From a bacterium (GTDB taxonomy: Bacteria > Zhuqueibacterota > Zhuqueibacteria > Zhuqueibacterales > Zhuqueibacteraceae), in assembly GCA_044869275.1 (NCBI GenBank), contig JBIOXB010000223.1, forward strand, positions 32,001 to 96,000: DNA of 64,000 nucleotides, written 5' to 3'. Shown piece after piece: positions 58,801 through 64,000 of this stretch. Each line of letters begins with the position of its first letter. Within the stretch, counting starts at the first letter, position 1. The translations under genes were made by a program, and so were the position numbers. The notes beneath the pieces are model-generated. The model did not search any database. It was given only the letters and a program-made list of their open reading frames with translations, and was not told where the DNA came from.

Positions 58801-60327
58801 TTAATAGTACGCAAAATCAGTCAAGATAGCGCAGGCTTCCATCAAATAATTGAAGAGCCGCTCCTGGCTCGTCATCTCTTCCCGGTTATTCACGACAATC
58901 ACCACACCGAGAAAATCATTTTGGTCGATTGTGAGCGTGGCAAAAAGCTCGGCGACGATGGATTCACCGTCGGCGCCATAGACTACTCGATCCTTGAGCG
59001 CACCAAGATAGGGATCGTCGGGATCATCCATCCAATCTTCAATCTCATCTTCATTATTTTCTTCCACTACCCAGTTCCGTCCATCGCTCACCATGTATTG
59101 CTCAAACCAATCCCATGCTGCTTTGCTATTTTCTACGGAGGCCGTAGCCTGAACTGATAAAAACATGGTCGTGCCGGCGCGGGGGCTGGAGACCTTGATC
59201 AGGGTATGGCCGCCCTCTTGCACGGCGCTCAATTTGCTGCCGGTTGGAATGGCAATGGTCGCCCCGTTTTCCTCGTCCTGAAAAACGTCGAGGGACTGGC
59301 TGAACAACTCTTGCAGCGTGATCCTGCCATTTTCAAAGTGCTCTTCGTCTTGCAGCAGCTCCTGGATGTACTTTTGGTCCTCCTCAAACATGGTCTCATA
59401 AATCTCCTGGAAGGGCGCGCGATAGTCCAGCGCTAAAACCAATTTGTCGCCGTTGTCATCGGCAAATCTAAAGGGCTGCTCTTGGGCAGCCGCTAAAGCA
59501 CGCGCCAGCTCGGCGGATTTTGGGTCCAGATGGGGATTGTCTGCCCGCAGGCCGCTATAAAGCCTTTCAGAGGTGCATGCGCTTGCGGGAGCCGCGGTTG
59601 ATCCCGCGCTCATTAATTTGGTAAAATTGCCGGCCGCAGGTATGGCCCAAATAAAGCCTTTGCCATTGATAGGCGGGCCGCCGTCAACCATGCCGACGAT
59701 ATGGCCTTGATAAGTCAGCGGTGAGCCGGAATGCGCCTTGCGGATGTTTTTTTCCTCAAATTTAAAAACACTGGTCTTCAAGGTCGGGTAATTGCTTTGG
59801 CCATCCGAGCAGAGCGCCTGCGCCAAAGCGGCCGAGTTCTGTTCGAGCCGGTTATCCAATTGCTCCAAAGGGACGGCGCGATCGAGCTTGGTTTCCTTTT
59901 TATCCATTCTGGATATCTTCTCCGGAGCCTCCCAAAAGTTGAGCGGCGTGTCCATGGGAGCATCTCCCGGATAGACTTTGAGTGCGGGAATGTTCGGTGG
60001 GGTGGAAGCCTGCAAGCGCAAAAGCGCCAGATCAGCCGGCGTATAGATTTTTTCAAGCTTGGCGGGAAATTCTTGATTTTTCCACACGACGGTTATCGGC
60101 GACCTGCCGGCAACGACGTGAAGCGCGGTGATGATGTTGCCGGGGCTGCCATAAGCCACACCGTAACCTGAGGCCTTGCCGGCATGGACGAGCACGACAG
60201 ATTCCTGCTGGCCTGCAGCGGGTGCAACCGCCAATAACAAGGCGGCCCAAAAGAGACTGATGCAGATTGCCAAGGAGTAAACATGGACCCTCCGAGTGAC
60301 ACAGTTCATAACACAACTTTGTCTCAT
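58801..60327 (-). CDS. Secreted trypsin-like serine protease with acidic C-terminal domain
   Basis: Signal peptide, ITALHVV (His), DLALL (Asp), AHSGSP (Ser). Confidence 0.82.
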   Translation of the reverse strand: MRQSCVMNCVTRRVHVYSLAICISLFWAALLLAVAPAAGQQESVVLVHAGKASGYGVAYGSPGNIITALHVVAGRSPITVVWKNQEFPAKLEKIYTPADLALLRLQASTPPNIPALKVYPGDAPMDTPLNFWEAPEKISRMDKKETKLDRAVPLEQLDNRLEQNSAALAQALCSDGQSNYPTLKTSVFKFEEKNIRKAHSGSPLTYQGHIVGMVDGGPPINGKGFIWAIPAAGNFTKLMSAGSTAAPASACTSERLYSGLRADNPHLDPKSAELARALAAAQEQPFRFADDNGDKLVLALDYRAPFQEIYETMFEEDQKYIQELLQDEEHFENGRITLQELFSQSLDVFQDEENGATIAIPTGSKLSAVQEGGHTLIKVSSPRAGTTMFLSVQATASVENSKAAWDWFEQYMVSDGRNWVVEENNEDEIEDWMDDPDDPYLGALKDRVVYGADGESIVAELFATLTIDQNDFLGVVIVVNNREEMTSQERLFNYLMEACAILTDFAYY

Positions 60328-60590
60328 CCACCGCCTCCGCCACTGCGCACCGGTTCTCCTCTGCTGCGCCTGAATTTGATCTTGTAGGTCTGCTCACCAT
60401 TTGTTCCCGTCACTGTGCCGACCTGCTGTCCCGTGTCTTTGTCTATGACGCTCCACACTTCACCTTCTACTGTGCTTTGCTTGGATGATTCCGATGGCGC
60501 CAAGTCGATCACCAGAGCGGTGCCGCGATGAACACTCACAACGTACACGCTCTCGTTCACGAACGTAATGCTCCCCTGTGGAGCTGGCAT
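60324..60590 (-). CDS. Small all-beta protein (VHL-beta-like), translationally coupled to the protease
   Basis: RBS AAGGAGG then ATG 60590; ITFVNES...LAPSES..QST..GEVW; ATGA overlap with the protease start. Confidence 0.65.
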   Translation of the reverse strand: MPAPQGSITFVNESVYVVSVHRGTALVIDLAPSESSKQSTVEGEVWSVIDKDTGQQVGTVTGTNGEQTYKIKFRRSRGEPVRSGGGGG

Positions 60591-60708
60591 AACTCGCCTC
60601 CTTAACAATGAGTTTTGGAATGGATTGTTGTAAAAATATAACTATATTACTATGATTCGCAAGCCAAATCTCTTTAGCAGATACCACTTTGAATCCGGGC
60701 CGCCGCCC

Positions 60709-63700
60709 ATGAACCTGCATCTTCCTTTTGTCCTTTGCTCGAGCGGTATTTTTTATTGCGTCGCGTTGTCGGCCCAAACTTTTTCAACCGGCACCGGCGA
60801 GCAGCTTAAATTTGAGCATCTTTCGGTGGAGCAAGGACTTTCACAAAACACGGTGCAGTGTGTCTTGCAAGATCGCCAAGGATTCATGTGGTTTGGCACG
60901 CAGGACGGGCTGAATAAGTATGATGGATTCGGTTTTGTGGTCTACAAACCCGATCCGCAGAGTCCTCTGAGCCTGAGCGACAATCGGATCGAGTCGCTCT
61001 ATGAAGACCGCGCGGGAGTGCTGTGGATTGGAACGCGAAACGGCGGGCTTAATCAATTCGATCCGGGAACAGAAACGTTCCGGCGTTATCAACACGACCC
61101 CCAAAATCTCCAAAGCTTGAGCAACAATAACATCATCTCCATTTACGAAGATCGTTCGGGAATGCTATGGATCGGAACCGAAAACGGACTCAATCAACTT
61201 GATCGTGCAACCAAAACATTCAGGCGTTATCAACACCAGCCCGAGAATCCGCACAGCCTGCCGCACAATGCGGCCAGCTCAATTTACGAAGACCAGGAGG
61301 GAGTGTTGTGGGTTGGTACCTGGGGTGGCGGGCTTTCTCATATGAGCCGGGAGGATCGGGCCACAGTTACGTTCCGGCATTTTCAGTATGATCCCGAAAA
61401 TCCTCAAAGCTTGAGCGACAATTGGGTAAGATCAATCTCTGAGGACAAAAACGGGGTGCTGTGGGTTGCTACTAAAAGCGGCTTGGCTTGCTTAACGCGA
61501 GAGAATCGAAAGGCGGGAACCTTCCAGCGTTATCAACGCAACCGCCAAAACCCCCTGCGCTTGAGTCACAATGACGTTTGGCCACTCTATATCGACCGGT
61601 CCGGCGTGCTCTGGATCGGAACGCATGGTGGGGGACTCAATCAGTTCGATCAAGCTGCTGGAACCTTCCGGCATTTTGGGCACGACTCGCAGAATTCTCA
61701 TAGCTTGAGTAGCGATGAAGTGTTCTCCATCTATGAAGATCAATCCGGGGAAATATGGATTGGCACCAGGGAGGGAGTCAATCGCTTCAATCGAACGCCA
61801 GAACCTTTCCGGCATTACCAGCACGACGCTAATAACCCTCGCAGCTTGAGCGACAATTCCATTTGGTCGATCCACGAAGACCACTCTGGCAGCGTCTGGA
61901 TTGGAACCTTGAGTGGCGGCCTCGATCAATTTGATCGCGCGACCGAAAGCTTCAGACACTATCAAAATGACCCGAATGATCCTTATAGCTTGAGCAACAA
62001 CTCGATCTGGGCTACCTATGAAGATCGCGCTGGAGAGATGTGGGTTGGTGCGCAAGGGGGGCTTTCACGCATGAGCTGGGATGGCCGCGGCCAAGCAAGA
62101 TTTCGGAACTATCAACATGATCCCCAGAATTTCCAGAGCTTAAGTCATAACTGGGTCACCTCAATTTATGAAGACTCCGTTCAGCCGGGAGTGCTATGGA
62201 TTGGAACCTGGGGTGGCGGACTCAACCGCTTTGATCGCACCACCGGAACCTTCCGACATTTTCGACTCGATGCCAACGATCCGCGCAGCTTGAGCTCAAA
62301 TGCAGTCTGGTCGATTTATCACGATCAATCGGGAAGGTTATGGATTGCAACCGAGGCCGAGGGGCTTAATGAATTTGATCGCGCCACCGAAACCTTTCGG
62401 CGCTATCAACACGAACCCATGAATCCGAATAGCTTGAGTAGTAACTCGATCTGGTCAATTTATGAAGATCGCAATCGTGTGCTGTGGCTTGGTACCAGAG
62501 CGGGGCTCAATCAATTCGATCCCCGCAAGGAAACTTTCAAGCACTACCGGGAAAAAGACGGTTTGCCGAATGATGTGATCTACGGCATCTTGGAAGATGA
62601 TCACGGCAATCTCTGGCTGAGCACCAATAAAGGCCTATCCAGATTCAACCCCCAAACAGAGATTTTTCGAAACTTTGACGTGCGTGACGGGTTGCAGAGC
62701 AATGAGTTTAACGCGGATGCCGCTTTTCGCAGCCGCAACGGAGAAATGTTTTTTGGTGGAATCAATGGTTTCAATGTTTTTCATCCCGACAGCATCAAAG
62801 ACAATCCTTACGTTCCGCCCGTGGTCATCACCGGGCTGAAACGATACAACACCGACGTTCCGGAGGGCATTGCCCTCGCGGAAAAAGGCATGGCAGCAAG
62901 ATCAGGCATCGAGCTTTCCTATAAAGACGAAATTCTTGTCTTCGAGGTGGCGGCGCTCAATTATCGCAACAGCGCAAAGAATCAATATGCCTATAAATTG
63001 GAAGGATTGCACGACCGGTGGATTCAGCTTGGCACCAAGCGTGAGATCACTTTCACCAATCTCGATCCCCGCGAGTACACGTTGCGAGTGAAAGGCTCCA
63101 ACAACGATGGCGTTTGGAATGAAGAGGGCACGTCGCTCAAAATCACCATTACGCCGCCCTGGTGGCGAACGCGCTGGGCGTATGCGCTGTATGGGTTGCT
63201 GTTGATCGCCGGCATTTTCGCCACGGATCGGATGATGCGCCGGCGGCTGCTGGCTAAAGAACGGGCGCACGCGCAAATCCGTGAGGCCGAGCTGCGTGCG
63301 CGCGCGGCGGAGGCGCAAATCCAGGTGGTCGAGACCCAGGCGAAAGTCCTGCAAGCAGAGAATGAACGCAAGGAATCGGAATTGCAGAGGGCGGCCGAAC
63401 TTAAATCGGCTTATGAGGCTTTGGGAAAGGCTCATGAGCACTTGCAAAACACGCAGCAGCAGCTTATCACCCAGGCAAAATTGGCTTCGCTGGGCCAGCT
63501 CACCGCCGGAGTCGCACACGAGATCAAGAACCCCTTGAACTTTGTGAATAATTTTGCCGCGCTGTCGGTGGATTTGGCCAAGGAGCTGCGGCAGGAGATA
63601 ACGAAGATCGAGGATGGTGGAGCGAGGATCGTGGATCGTGAAAGCTTTGCAAACGTCGAGGGGATTTTAGAGGTGCTGATTCAAAACGCTGAGAAGATCA

Positions 63701-64000
63701 ATCATCACGGCAAGCGCGCGGATAACATTGTGAAGAGCATGATGCAGCATGCGCGTGGCGCGTCGCAAGAACGTGAGCTGTCGGATATCAATCAATTGTT
63801 GGACGAAGCGGTAAATTTAGTGTATCACGGCCTGCGCGCTCAGGATAGATCCTTCAATGTTTCGATCGAAAGAGCCTACGATGCCAACTTGAGCAAGCTC
63901 AGCGTCGTGCCGCAGGGCATCAGCCGCGTGTTTTTGAATATGATCAACAATGCGTGCTACGCGGCGCACCAAAAGGCGAAGGAGAGAACGGGTGACAGGG
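60709..64000 (+). CDS. Sensor histidine kinase (Reg_prop propeller, Y_Y_Y, TM, HisKA), 3'-truncated by window edge; absent from the ORF track
   Basis: Manual translation MNLHLPF...FEHLSVEQGLSQNTV..QDRQGFMWFGTQDGLN; the same frame gives PPWWRTRWAY and AHEIKNPLNFVNNFA. Confidence 0.92.
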   Translation, partial: MNLHLPFVLCSSGIFYCVALSAQTFSTGTGEQLKFEHLSVEQGLSQNTVQCVLQDRQGFMWFGTQDGLNKYDGFGFVVYKPDPQSPLSLSDNRIESLYEDRAGVLWIGTRNGGLNQFDPGTETFRRYQHDPQNLQSLSNNNIISIYEDRSGMLWIGTENGLNQLDRATKTFRRYQHQPENPHSLPHNAASSIYEDQEGVLWVGTWGGGLSHMSREDRATVTFRHFQYDPENPQSLSDNWVRSISEDKNGVLWVATKSGLACLTRENRKAGTFQRYQRNRQNPLRLSHNDVWPLYIDRSGVLWIGTHGGGLNQFDQAAGTFRHFGHDSQNSHSLSSDEVFSIYEDQSGEIWIGTREGVNRFNRTPEPFRHYQHDANNPRSLSDNSIWSIHEDHSGSVWIGTLSGGLDQFDRATESFRHYQNDPNDPYSLSNNSIWATYEDRAGEMWVGAQGGLSRMSWDGRGQARFRNYQHDPQNFQSLSHNWVTSIYEDSVQPGVLWIGTWGGGLNRFDRTTGTFRHFRLDANDPRSLSSNAVWSIYHDQSGRLWIATEAEGLNEFDRATETFRRYQHEPMNPNSLSSNSIWSIYEDRNRVLWLGTRAGLNQFDPRKETFKHYREKDGLPNDVIYGILEDDHGNLWLSTNKGLSRFNPQTEIFRNFDVRDGLQSNEFNADAAFRSRNGEMFFGGINGFNVFHPDSIKDNPYVPPVVITGLKRYNTDVPEGIALAEKGMAARSGIELSYKDEILVFEVAALNYRNSAKNQYAYKLEGLHDRWIQLGTKREITFTNLDPREYTLRVKGSNNDGVWNEEGTSLKITITPPWWRTRWAYALYGLLLIAGIFATDRMMRRRLLAKERAHAQIREAELRARAAEAQIQVVETQAKVLQAENERKESELQRAAELKSAYEALGKAHEHLQNTQQQLITQAKLASLGQLTAGVAHEIKNPLNFVNNFAALSVDLAKELRQEITKIEDGGARIVDRESFANVEGILEVLIQNAEKINHHGKRADNIVKSMMQHARGASQERELSDINQLLDEAVNLVYHGLRAQDRSFNVSIERAYDANLSKLSVVPQGISRVFLNMINNACYAAHQKAKERTGDR

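Noticed and set aside
48773..60590. Gasdermin associated with the caspase, CHAT and trypsin cluster
   Set aside because: No ORF of suitable size or gasdermin-like sequence is recognisable in the cluster

Overview
Bacterial genomic DNA, moderately GC-rich, from a Gram-negative organism (LPS heptosyltransferase, outer-membrane barrels, lipoproteins). Gene content and dense short palindromic repeats suggest a large-genome FCB-affiliated lineage such as KSB1; this is an inference. Almost all genes are on the + strand. 1-17.6 kb holds housekeeping and metabolic genes (amidohydrolase, CDGSH protein, two glycosyltransferases, dusB, ECF S component, cytochrome c, dipeptidase, thioesterase, GcvT-like and phytoene-dehydrogenase-like enzymes). 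It also holds a decayed MntA/HepT toxin-antitoxin pair and an AT-richer two-gene module: a stand-alone Cys4 domain followed by a TIR protein ending in a paralogous copy of that domain. 17.8-48.4 kb plus the last gene form a large signalling region: six paralogous beta-propeller/Y_Y_Y histidine kinases (two damaged), a REC-nucleotide cyclase with a guanylyl-cyclase-type signature, PrsW, an RsbW/STAS/REC-PP2C partner switch, and an ECF sigma/anti-sigma pair. Three copies of a SigW-like promoter (ACCAACTTTT-N12-TGTA) link the sigma factor to a divergent SdrD-B lipoprotein and to a protein with about 27 SPELRSALA repeats, which precedes a HExxH-peptidase/propeller/beta-barrel protein. 48.8-60.6 kb is a protease-rich, conflict-like cluster: caspase-lipase, GH19 with a histone-H1-like tail, CHAT-STAND-TM-WD40, and a convergent trypsin-like protease with a small partner. 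Octamer and heptamer DNA repeats are inserted at fixed loops of the kinases, and several genes carry clean internal deletions. No rRNA, tRNA, CRISPR array or intact transposase was recognised.
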